The notes under the pieces: model-generated
What the model saw: the letters and a program-made list of their open reading frames with translations, nothing else
The model's database searches: none
What the model was told of the DNA's origin: nothing
In this document: one piece after another, positions 1 to 12,101 of the stretch
Position numbering within the stretch: position 1 is the stretch's first letter
Layout: each line of letters starts with the position of its first letter
DNA from: Auanema rhodensis
Taxonomy: Eukaryota > Animalia > Nematoda
Reading direction: 5' to 3'
DNA length: 64,000 bases
Assembly: GCA_964057225.1 (NCBI GenBank)
Contig: OZ059898.1
Span: forward strand, 13,640,001 to 13,704,000
Translations under genes and position numbers: made by a program

Positions 1-360
1 GAGAGAGAGGGGGATATGCTAAAAAGAGAGAGAGAAAGAGAGATGACGAATGTATGGGTATAACTATATATAGAGAGGGAGATTATTAGATTTTAATTTA
101 ATCTAAGAATATGTAAAAATGATTCTTATTGATCATCATAATCATCATATTACCTTCATCCCCACTCTAGTCCAATGACAAATCTTATAATCAAAGAAAT
201 TATATAAATGACTTTTTATACTTTTTCTTATCCATCTATCTATACATATACATGTATATGAATAATTATATTTACAATATAACTACGTTTTCTATTTTTA
301 TTTTCACTTACCATCAATAATGATATAACATATGTATATTATAATATATATATTATATTA

Positions 361-389
361 TACATACATACATACATACATACATACAT
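361..389. repeat. (TACA)n microsatellite
   Basis: About 7 tandem TACA units. Confidence 0.9.
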
Positions 390-649
390 AGACTATACAT
401 GTATGCCAAGTATATCAAGACATATAGTAGTTATACATAATGCCAATGGCATTTCATCTTCATTCATATAAAATCTATTATGATTTGATGAGTACAAAAG
501 AATTTTTGACTGATCATGACATTTTATTTTTCTAGTTTATTCAAAAAGAATTTTTTCTCCAGTAATCCCATATACATGCTATTGGAAATGTATAAATCTG
601 ATGTCGGAATGCTTTTACCGTTTAGAGAAAAGAAAGTTGGTACTGAAAC

Positions 650-653
<4 letters not shown>

Positions 654-715
<62 letters not shown>

Positions 716-728
716 ACACACACACACA
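654..728. repeat. (TC)n then (CA)n microsatellite
   Basis: Visible dinucleotide runs; these generate the SLSLSL/ERERER pseudo-ORFs. Confidence 0.95.
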
Positions 729-1614
729 CTCATACAGAAATATACATACATTTAACTTATTGGTCTTTCGAATGCACTTATAAATCTATTCAACAGGCTT
801 CTATTCTCATTTAAGATTTCTGGATGTGCACACTGATCTGAACAGCTTAAGTTTGACAATCCTACTAACTGGCCGAACTGATTGAGACTGTGGAATACTA
901 AAAGCATGACCGACCCATAGATGGAACACCTGTGTCACATCTAAGTATCTCAGTATAAGGTGCTAGAATCCACCTGGATCTCAGCAAATCTCTTGTTTGC
1001 TTTGTCACCAGTTCGGCTTGAACCAGTCTCTATTAGCGATAAGTGTCCTCAATGACGTAAGCCATACCGTCAAACAACGTGAGATGCCGACGTGGATCTT
1101 CAGAGTAGAGGAGCTTAGGTGAGAAGAAGGTCTTGAGCATACACCTAAGTGTAAGATGAAAGAGCAAGACCGATACATTCCATTACTACTTGTTCATTTT
1201 GTCTAAAAAGTTTGCAAATACTTCCTGATATAGGAAATATAAATATCTTTTCTGTACTAAAAATTATAAAAATTATATAGAATATGTTGAATTCATATTG
1301 AATATCTTCATTAGTTATGAGATAGTTAGCTATCCCTGAAGTTTTACTGAATCTGAGAATTCGATGCAACGGTACGGACTGAAGTGAAATCCTTGTCCGA
1401 AGAAAATTATAATTACGTTGAATGAAATCCTGCATAGTTATGCTAACACTCTATGGTTTCAAGGAACATTTGCGATTTGGACATTTCACACTTTATTGTG
1501 AAAATTTGAACAAAAATTAGTAAAATAATATATTAGAAGAAGAAGAAGAAGAGGTAAAAGAATATACAATATAAAAAGAAGAAATACAAGAACAATCAGT
1601 TTGAATTATTCATG

Positions 1615-1618
<4 letters not shown>

Positions 1619-1652
<34 letters not shown>
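1619..1652. repeat. (GA)n microsatellite
   Basis: About 17 GA units. Confidence 0.95.
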
Positions 1653-1656
<4 letters not shown>

Positions 1657-2005
1657 GAGTGAAACGAGAAAAAAAGAAGTTTTCCTATACATTGCGTACA
1701 TACATACATCGTAGAATCTTTGAATGATTAGAATTATCATGCGAATCATCATGCTTGCTGACTGTTTCTTCTGAACTCACATAATGAACATGAAAGTTGG
1801 ATAAATAGAGAAAAGAGAAAAAGAAGGTGAAAGATATGAAAACAAGAAGAAGCTTTAGGAGAGGAACAAGAAATAATACAGACAGCATTTGATGAGAAAA
1901 ATAGTTACAGACAATCAATGTCATTTAATGTATTCATAAAAGTTTAAATAAATAAATTAAATATTTAAAGAATTAATTTTACTTCTGTTGCAAAGTAATT
2001 TTCAG

Positions 2006-3274
2006 CTACAATTGTTCTGTTTGTTCGAAAAGAATTGGAGTTATCTGGCCACAATATGTTGGATTGTTTGGAACGTATGCTTCGGATGCATAAGTTGGAT
2101 AGGTAGCTGTAGGATAGTATGGTGGGAAATAATTATTATAAAAGTTATAATTAGCTGTTGGAGGCAGTGTGTATGATGGCCAACCTGAAACAATCAAAAT
2201 AAATAATGAACAACATATTAAGGTTTTGAATCAAGTTTGTAAACTAATGCTTACCGGCTGCTGCTCCTTGGCTGGAATCGGTGTACTTAACAGATGATAA
2301 TGGCTCAGGGTCGATAAGTTCTTTTTTTGGTTTGATGGCCATGCTCAGATACTTGGATTCCGTGTGAGCATCGAATTCAGCTGTTCCAGGCATAGGAATT
2401 ATGGGCATAGAGAGAGGCTTGATATCAAGAACTTTAGGTTCAGGTGGTGGAGATTCAGTATCAGTATTGCCAGATTTGGAAGAGTTATTGGATTGTAATG
2501 CCTTCTTAGCCAATCGTTCTTTAGCACGGCGATTTTTAAACCAAACCTGAAGTGAAAAACTTGTTGATAAACGTATTAAAAACGAATATTTTTTTTGATT
2601 TGTAGATAATTCTTTCAAATACAATTTGACGAAACAAAAATGTTTAAAAATATAGTACAGTACCTGAACTCTAGGTTCTAATAGTCCAATAGCTCGAGCA
2701 ATTTCTTCTCTTTTACCCAAATCGGGGTATTGGCTAATTTTGAATTGATATTCCAATTGTTGAAGCTGAAGGTTATTGAATGAAGTACGTTCACGGCGAG
2801 TACTTGTTCGACGACTGACATCTCGTCCACATCTTGCAGCACGATAACTGAAACAAAAAATGAAAATTAGAAGATTTGTATGATTAATCCGAAAATTTTT
2901 ATGTTGATATGTTGGTTGTTTGTTGTTGTTTATTTGTTGTAAAGCTTTAATGTATATAACATAATCCAATTTTGAGGCTGTACGATAATCTCGAAAACTT
3001 ATGTAATCCGGTAAGGTCGGATATAAACGATATACAAATGATCTTATGAATTTAGATTAATGATTTGTTGTTTCTCGAGTTGTTGTTTGAAATAATTTGT
3101 TAAAAAACTGTACCCGTTAGGCTGAGCTGATGCAGCTCCGTTCATTAGAACTTGTGGATGAGGAGGCAGATTATTGAAAAAAGCAGGATAATGTAACGGT
3201 TGGAAGGAAGCAAATCCTGGATAGGCAGCTGGGAAAGAAGAAGCCGAAGCAGTAGAAGCTGGAGGAGGTCCCAT
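2006..3274 (-). CDS. ceh-36: Otx-like paired-class K50 homeobox protein, CEH-36-like (~271 aa)
   Basis: Exons 3274-3114, 2847-2664, 2546-2255 and 2184-2006 splice in frame with GT-AG ends (816 nt). Homeodomain [56 protein letters not shown] has K50. It resembles C. elegans CEH-36 (RRERTSFN...QYPD..REA.A.AI.L..RVQ) and lies in tandem with a ceh-37-like gene. A TTCAG acceptor sits 16 nt before the ATG. Confidence 0.85.
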
Positions 3275-4321
3275 GATATGTATGTCTAACCTGAAGAAAA
3301 GATATATTATTATAAAGAAAGTAGAAGATAACAAATGAAAAAGAGAGTAGCAAAGAGAAAGAGAAAGAATAAGACATTGTTAACTATATGGATATAGTTA
3401 GCCCAAAGAGATTATCAGAAGAAAATTCATAACATATAAGAAATAGAAAGGTGAGAGAAAGGCTAAAAAGACTTAAAAGAGAAAAGAGAAAAAGATAAGC
3501 TGGATAAGCCAGTCAAAATGAGATTGTCGGATGGACCTGCGAATAAGAATATGAGACCATATACTAGAGAAGAGATAAATCTTCAAAATAAATTAAGAAA
3601 ATTAGTAGAAACATGTCAGGTGTTCGAGCCAGAGTATATTCGACTTTCTATATAATTCAAATAAAGCAGAGATTTTGGTTAATTTCAAATTAAAAATTAT
3701 CTTTGAATTTTTAAATAAAAAGAATCGTTTTGGCCTAAATATTACAAGTGAAGAGCTAGAAGATAACTATTTTTAAAATTTTGTTCCAATATATAATATA
3801 GTAAAAGAGGAATAATATGATATAGTATAGGATGGATAAGAAAAGATGGGCTTGTGTTGGCTCCACCCGGATAACCAATCTCTCTCACTCTCTCTCTCTC
3901 TCTCTAAGTGTGTGTAGGGTGTATGCAGAATTACCGTATAAGCAATGACATTTACCAAGAAAGAAAAGAAAAAAGACATTTAAAAATGAAAGAATCGAAT
4001 ATATTTTTTGAATTTTGGAAATATCAAATAGGATTTACTAGAATAATGAGAAGAAATATTTGAATAAAAATTATTTTTACAACAGAAAACAAAACAAGAA
4101 AAATTTGATTGTCTGAATGAAAAAAAAGTATGAAAAGTAAACTGAAAATGAGGAGAAAATAGGTAAAATCAAATTTTTTTTTTATGGAAGCACATATGGA
4201 TGAGAGAGAGAGAGATAGAATGAGGGACAATAGTTGGAAGAAAAGATTACAGGCTTCATCATCACCTGATATAACTGATGGTGTCGGGAAGCCAAGTTAG
4301 TTCAAATGATTGGGATTAAGC

Positions 4322-4359
<38 letters not shown>

Positions 4360-7300
4360 ATAAAATATATTATATAAATATGAATATATAGATAGATAAA
4401 TATGGAAAATGAGAGAGAAATTCACTGATTTTTTTGCTTCACAATATCTATCATGATCTTTGAATTTGACGAGTCATTAAGAAATATAGAGGTAAGGACG
4501 AACGAAATGCAGTTTTTGCTTTCAGGAGGTCTTATAGGAAATATTCAAAAAGATTAAGTAAATACATCGAATCTACCGTAATCCTTCGGCAAACGATATC
4601 TGAGAGGGAATCCGAAGGTCCTTATTAGGCCAACGACGAACTGACTGACTGAGGATGGGGCTTGGCCTAAGCCGGATGGTTCTACCGTAAGGGGCGGAGC
4701 CTCAATGGTCAGAAAGACTATGGTAAAGGTCCCCCGGACCATTTTCCGTAAAGGATTAGGCTGGAAATTTAAGAAATATGTTGAAACATCAAAGACTTTC
4801 CTGAAAGATTATTGGGAATTTTCGTCTGGATATATTCTGAGATGAATGACAGTTGTCTAAGCTATTTTGGAAATTTGCTTATAAGCATACAAGTTAACTA
4901 TGTGAAAAACTTAATTTAGTAAAGAAATATTAAATCACAACATCCCTTGAGACTGATTATGAATTATGATTATTGAATTTTCCTTTTTTTCAGTCTTAAA
5001 TACATAGGACATGAGCTATAAACATTGGAAAATACAAGTCTATATTCAGATTTATATCATAGTATCATGTTAATTAAAAAGATTTTTCGGAATATTAAAC
5101 GGTCCCAGCTGAACAACTTTTTAATTTCGAAAATTAAACAAATGCTAGATATAACTTAAGAATAAGTATTTAAGCAGATATACGGAATTTATCCTTAGGT
5201 GGAGAGCAGATCGTTAATCCGTAGTGAAGATGATGATGCTAGTGCTTGGTTGACAGCTCGGATTTAGCTATGACTTTCTTCATGTATGTAGCTATTGACG
5301 GATTTGTGTCAATCACATCTTCTATTCAATATACTAATGTTGATCATATGTATAGTTATGTGTTAGTATACTACTTATATACATATATATGTATGGTTTA
5401 ACCTTATTAAGACTTTTAAGCTTAACTTAATTAGAAAAAAAAGTTTTAGAAAAGAAAATCGGCTTAAGTTTAGGTCATAATTGACCTTTTTTGACCTCAA
5501 ATTATTTATGAACTTTTAGGAAAACTATGGAAATATTTTTATACTATACGGTATAGTTAAGGCTTTTTCGGAATATTCGTCATTAGAAATATGAACTGTT
5601 GTGAGAATTTTGGAACCTTTTCTCATAACTATGCTAAGAATGAGATTGAGGTAAAACATTGCTGTGAAATAAGGAGAAGATAGACATAGCGTTGATTATG
5701 TGGTGAAATAGTTGGTTTAAAGATGATATACTATAGAAAATCTTCTAGTTTTCATCTAATTATATGTTCAAATATTGTAAAATGAGAAGAAAATGAGAAG
5801 TTATTATTACATTAAACTATCTCTCGTCATATACCTCCTCTTCTTCTTCTTCTTCTTCTTCTTCTTATACATAGTTTTTCTCTTTTCTATCTATCTATTC
5901 ATAATGTCTTTGCAATCTCGTCAACTTAGCATAATAGGTAGATAGCTGGACACCTGTTACTTGCCCTAATAAGGTGTCCGAAATTTGATGCTAAGCCGAA
6001 AAGTGGTACCCTCCAGCTTGATGAGCCTGATGAGTTGCATGCTATCCCATCAATTTAGTTCATAATTTAGTCGTAAATGACAGCAGAATTAAGCAAATGG
6101 TTAAGGACAATTTGTAAACAAAATGTTCGAAAACAACATAAAATTTGGAAAACAAGGCTAAAGGTTGAAGTTTGATTTTAAAAAAAAATTTCATCTAAAA
6201 TGAGAATAATTTTTGGAATATTTGTTTACTGTTTCTTCTTATTTGTTTTTATTCCTCATATTCTGTCATTTAAGCAGGCAAGCTAGCAAGCTTGACTGTT
6301 TAATCCTTTGGATTAAGCATAAATCTAAGCAAGCATCCGATGACCTGAGGCAGATTATAGCAATTCTAATAACGAAAGATCATAATTGACTCTGATTTTC
6401 ATATTTTTTGGAACGGCAAAGGATATTATTGGAACGATTGTTATTGAGAATATAGCATATAGAAGGTGATATTATTGAATCAGAAGAACAACAATACACA
6501 TTATAGCTATACCCTAAGCTTCAAGCAAGCCTGATTAGAAGAATAGGCTCTACCTCACTTTGTGTTATAAAATTAATTAACAAGCAATAAATATTGTTTA
6601 TATTATTATTTTGAAAATATTTATTTCATAAATAAATTGATATAAGTACAAAACTTGAATTATTAAGAAAATACTAGAAAAAAAAACAACAAAAATACAA
6701 AAAATCAAGTTGTGTATATGATTTGATGAGTGATGTCTGACTGTAGAAGGTGACATATGGGAAAAGCTGTTCGTATCTCAGTTAGATACAGGAAATACAT
6801 GAGGAAACGAACTTTTGGTAAACAGTCTATTCAATCCTAATACAGAAATGTTTCCGTTAGCTTACGTAATGATCTGTTGGTCAGGTCAAAACGCGAAATT
6901 GGAAACGGTCACAGTCTCGTCTTCGAGTAAATAGGAAGCAGAGGTATAACTTAGAACATCTATATTTGGCTATATATTCTGAATTTCATCACATAAACAG
7001 TATATAATTGTGATTTTCTTTTTATTAATTTGTCTGTATTTCTGAAATCGTCAATCAAATATTCTACAATAACGGTGTATCTGGGAAAAATCATAAGAAT
7101 ATTCTGATATATACGTACGAACGAAGTGTTTCTCCCAGAATGAGTAGTTGACGAATGGCGACAGATCTGATGCTAGTGATCCAGCTGTGAAAATGCTTCT
7201 GGCATATCATATCTAAGGCATAGCTCGTCCGAAATTGACCTCCGTTTTCAAAGTAATGAGACTTAAGGTTATATTTGTATGATTTAAATTATTTTCATAT

Positions 7301-10159
7301 TTAAATCAATCTTTCAAATCAATTGTTCTATTGAAGTTTTTTCCAAAAAATACGAAAATGAGGGTTTTGAATTGCAAAGTCGATTCGAAGTTATGTGGGT
7401 GTTCAGTGTTTTTATGAACTTTTTTCAGGCTGAATAAACTTGAAACCTTAAAGTTGAAATGATGAAGTTGTTCATATATTTATTTTTTTTAGAAAATGAG
7501 ATTGAGACAAGACAGTGAAGCTAGAAGAAAGACAAAGAGAAGAAGACAGCTGGTGTAGGAAGCGATAACGATCGGAACAATGATGAGCAGTAAGCAATCT
7601 AGAGATAAAGACCATGGATTGCTGAAAAGGAAGAGTATTAGAGTTTCATGTGGATTGACTAATCCTTAACCTATCGTTTAAGGTAAAAGCTTAGTAGCCG
7701 ACTAATTGCCAAGCAGATATAAGGAAAACTAGCTAACACCTGTCATAGTGTAGCATAGATAACTATCTGCTAACTATGTGTCTATCTCTTCAACACATGG
7801 CTTTAACTATCTGCTTACTATCTTCTTCCGTTTTTTGTTCTTTTGTTTATATATATATACATAAATGATGGCATATCTTGATAAACTCAAACTACACGCC
7901 AATCAAAAGCATTACTATAGGTGAGTTGGGATAAACTATGCTATTTATAAAAATTGTATTCATGTTATCTATACGTATAGCCAAAATCTCTTCAATACAC
8001 TATTTATAATTCTCAATTTCAAATCATATATCACGTAGTATCATAACTATATCTTAACATCTCAACATCTCAAAAATCATATAATTTGAAATCAAAAAAC
8101 GGAAGTGAAATCATGTTTAAGGAGATCAATTCTTCTGATAATTAGCATATTCTTTTTCTTATTCACCCGCAAAAGTTGTTACTGAAGGTCAAAACATGCT
8201 TAAAGCAAAATGGTCGGTTACCTCACACCTCAAAGACATATGACCTATCTCGCTGTTGGAGTTTTCGTTTGAAACAACTGTACTGGACATGATAGGCTGT
8301 TCAGAAGACATGCATATAAGCCATTGGCCAGGATTTTCAAGACATTGATCCAGCTGAGAAGAAGCCAGAGGCATGGACGGCTCATGCTTTGTCACCTGCT
8401 TTTGCTCTTTTTTTCGTGAATGATACCGCTGCTTCAGGCCTAAGCCTAATTAATTGGTTTTCTTATAAGATACCGTTAATTAATATCCGCACAAATGAAA
8501 AAGAAAGAAATATGAAGGAAAAAAAGGGAATCTATGACATGCCATATAACAATCTTAATTTTCAAATTTAGTACATTTCGCGCAATTAAATATGAGTTTT
8601 GCATTTCAATCTATTGATAGATGATGAGCGGTTGCATTGTTGATTCCTTCATTTTATTTTTAAATTGAATATACTATATATTGAATGGTTATTTATAATT
8701 ATTTATATATAATATATATAAATCTTAATATTTAATTATATTTTTTTTCTTTTTTTAAGGTACATAGTTGATATGTTGTTTGATTTTATGTTGTTTATTC
8801 GGATGTTTATTCCCTGTTACCATTTCCTACATACAACCTCGTCTTCCTATCTATTGGTTAACAAACTATCCAAACAAGCTACGTGGTTGGTGATCGGAAA
8901 TTACGGTATATAAAGTAACTATAAGCTTCCGTTTAGCTTTATCATCATGTAAATACAATACAATTACTAAATTCAGTTTATTTTGTTATATTCAAAACAA
9001 AAAGAGAAATTAATTTTTGAAATAGATGAAAATTCTATAGTCCCCTTTTCCCTACCTTCAATAATTTTTTTTCAAAGATAGTAAATAATACTTAAATCAT
9101 TAGTATTATTTGATTAATATTCATATAAAAATGAAAAGAAAAGTAAAGGTGTCGCGTCATAACGCATGTGCGGTGTCCTCAATGCTTTATACAATGATGT
9201 TGATGACTTGTCGGCTTCATAACATAGAAAGAAATATAAAGTACTTAGCTTACTAGTGTGTTTCAAGTGTACTTATAGCCACCACAGGTGACCGTAAGGA
9301 TCTATAGATCATGTAAAATGCTATAAATCCTTTTGTATTATGTATCAAATATGGTAAAAGTTATAATAGGGATAATATATGTCTTTAATTAAACTTTTAT
9401 TTAGTTCTTCTTCATCTAAAAATTTGAAAAATTTGTTTATAAACAAGCATACATATAGAAAAGTTAGTTATGATAAACCCTGTTGAGAAAAAAAATAAAT
9501 TAATTGCGAATAGAATGAAAAAATTAATTTTTCTTCGAACAATTGAGCGACGGCCAGAGAATATGGTTAGATTTGAACATGATGTTTGGGTCTCATAATA
9601 GAAGTTATACAGTAATATACAAGAAAACAAAAGGATAAGAGAAGAAGAAGAAGAGAAGAAGAAGACTAAAAGAAATTTTTGTTATAACTATATGTATATA
9701 GTAAAGTAGATATATCTGCTAAACTCTTAATATCTAAAATATTAGTTGGACGATATACATTTCACACGGTTTGAAAACGAATAGAATTTGACAAGAACAG
9801 AAACATATTTAGATGAAGAAGAGAAGAAGTTCTAGTTACCTTTGTAATATGAAAATTTAAATTGAAGAAGGACATGAAGCAGCAAGAAAAAGCTCATTTT
9901 GAAGTTTAAAAAAATAATACTGAAGCGGCAAGTTGAAACTTTTTCAGAAAAAATTAATTTTTCAAAAAAAATGAATAAAGAATGACCATTTCTATTGTCC
10001 AGTATGTGCTGGAGTACAAATAGAAGGAAGCAGATTGGTTAGTTGGTTGGTTAATGAAGAAACAAAATGGAAAGAGGGGTTAAGCTAAGAAAGTAATAGA
10101 AGGAAATTCAACCCGAAAACTATTCTTTTGATATATTCAATATAAACATTCAATTCTCT

Positions 10160-11653
10160 TTAGAGAGATGTATTGGTTCCGGCAAAGAAATATGGATTTG
10201 AGGCATTGTACTGAGCTTGGGAGTAAGCTGGATAAGAGTATCCGGTGGCATATGCTGAATCAAACATTGTCGGGCAATATGGGTTAGCATAGATTGGATA
10301 GGTGTTGTAGACAGTTGGACTACTAATATTTACAGCTAATGGTGCTGATGAAGCTGCCGAGCTGACTGATGATGTTGCTGAGCTGGATGAGACGCTCTGA
10401 AACAAGTTATTCGTTCAATCATCTTTCTATAATATGTGAAGCTTACCGTTGATGATTCATTACTCCAACTGTTATCCCGAACACTGACTCCAGGAGAATC
10501 AGTCTTTGACAATGGTGAGAGAGAATTTTTTGGTGGTGTACTGTAACTTGAATCGATAAAGATGATTATAGATCAAAAGTGTTATTACCCAGATTCTGGT
10601 TCACTTGTTATCTGGTTGTATCCATTTGAAGGTGGTTCTTCTTTCACTTTAGTTGCAGTTGAATCAGCTAAAATTTTAAGAAATCATGACAAGTTGACAA
10701 GAACATTTCAATAATTTTCTACAACAAATTTCAAAAAACAAAAAGAAAGAATTGTTATTCAACAAACCTTCTGCTTCATTTTTGTCAGCTTTTGGCTTTT
10801 GTCGTTCCTGTTGTCTATGCTTAGCACGTCTGTTTTTGAACCAAACCTTAAAAGAGGAAATGAAATATATTAAACAAAACAATAATATGTACCTGAATTC
10901 GACCTTCTTGAAGATGAATTTCTTCAGCTACTTTTTCTCTTGTGAATACATCAGGATAATGAGTTCTAGCAAATAGATTTTCCAAAACTTCAAGTTGTTG
11001 TCTATTGAAAGTTGTACGTTCACGACGATTTTTTCGTGGAATCATGCCTGAAAATGAAATGCATTTTCTACAAATCCCTTCAATCCATATTCTTTTATTT
11101 TCATTTTTGAAAAACAAAATATTTTATCTGCTCAGCTAGGTCAATATTTCTTTTATCATCTTATCATCTTAGAAATCCGACCTTGCCAATCAAACGACAG
11201 ACCTTCCAGCCTGCTCAGGTATTTCATGCTGACTTCTCATGTCATTTGAGGTTTTTTTAGTTTTAAATTCAAAACAATTTGACAACTGATTATCGTATCT
11301 TCTCTTTTTTCTCTTTTAACAGAAGAATATTTTGAATTAGTAATGAGAATGATACCGACGTTGACACATACATATGTATGCAAGCATGTTATACCTCATC
11401 ATCATCTCATTTCAACATCAATACATACACTTATTCTTCTTCTGAATATTCAGATTTTTTGATTTGAAAATCAAAGAATAGCATCATATATCATTCAAGA
11501 TAGTTATGTTGTTCAACAACAATATGTAAATGCTCAATAGCTGGCTGTGTTGAAGTTGTCGTCGTCGATCGGCTTATCCTTCCGTGGACCAGCCGATGAT
11601 ATGAGCGTACACTTATGAAAAGAGATGCAAAAAAAAGAAAGAGTGAAAGATAG

Positions 11654-11692
<39 letters not shown>

Positions 11693-12101
11693 GGAATATT
11701 ATAGAGGGAGGAATATCAATTAGTAAAATGAAATTGAAATTTGGAAGAATGCATTGTCATCATTCCATATATGGAAATGAAGTACATCATCTCTTGCTGT
11801 TTCTCTCTCTCTTCATTTTCTTTCAAATTTTCATCACGCGTCAGATACTAGATTCGCTGACTATCGTCACTATGTTACCGTAACCTCTAGCATGTTTAAA
11901 TATAAGTTTACCAAGCTGAATACAGTTGTGAATATAGAACTTGTGTTAAGGAAAATAAAATTTCGAAATCATACCTGGATTGTAAGTTCCAGGAGGAAAC
12001 ATGGTAATACCAGGTACAGTCGTCATACCGTAGGCAAAACTTTGAGCTGGAGTTGTTGCAGATGGGCATTGGATATATGGAGAGAAAGTACTGTATGCCA
12101 T
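10160..12101 (-). CDS. ceh-37: Otx-like paired-class K50 homeobox protein, CEH-37-like (~256 aa)
   Basis: Exons 12101-11975, 11047-10893, 10846-10768, 10667-10589, 10540-10447 and 10396-10160 are in frame (771 nt). [73 protein letters not shown] matches the recalled CEH-37 homeodomain and flanks. The C-terminus is Tyr/Ala/Pro-rich. Confidence 0.88.

Noticed and set aside
516-783. ORFs with SLSLSL/ERERER runs (also at 3773, 13475 and the 3' part of 22890)
   Set aside because: These are translations of (GA/TC)n microsatellites.
4625-4761. TTAGGC telomere-type words near the ceh genes
   Set aside because: They are isolated single hexamers, not an array, and overlap putative homeodomain sites.
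8189-8395. 68-aa ORF between ceh-36 and ceh-37 (similarly 17860-18051 and 50506-50815)
   Set aside because: These have non-ATG starts or no convincing splice context and no recognisable motif. They are more likely regulatory DNA.
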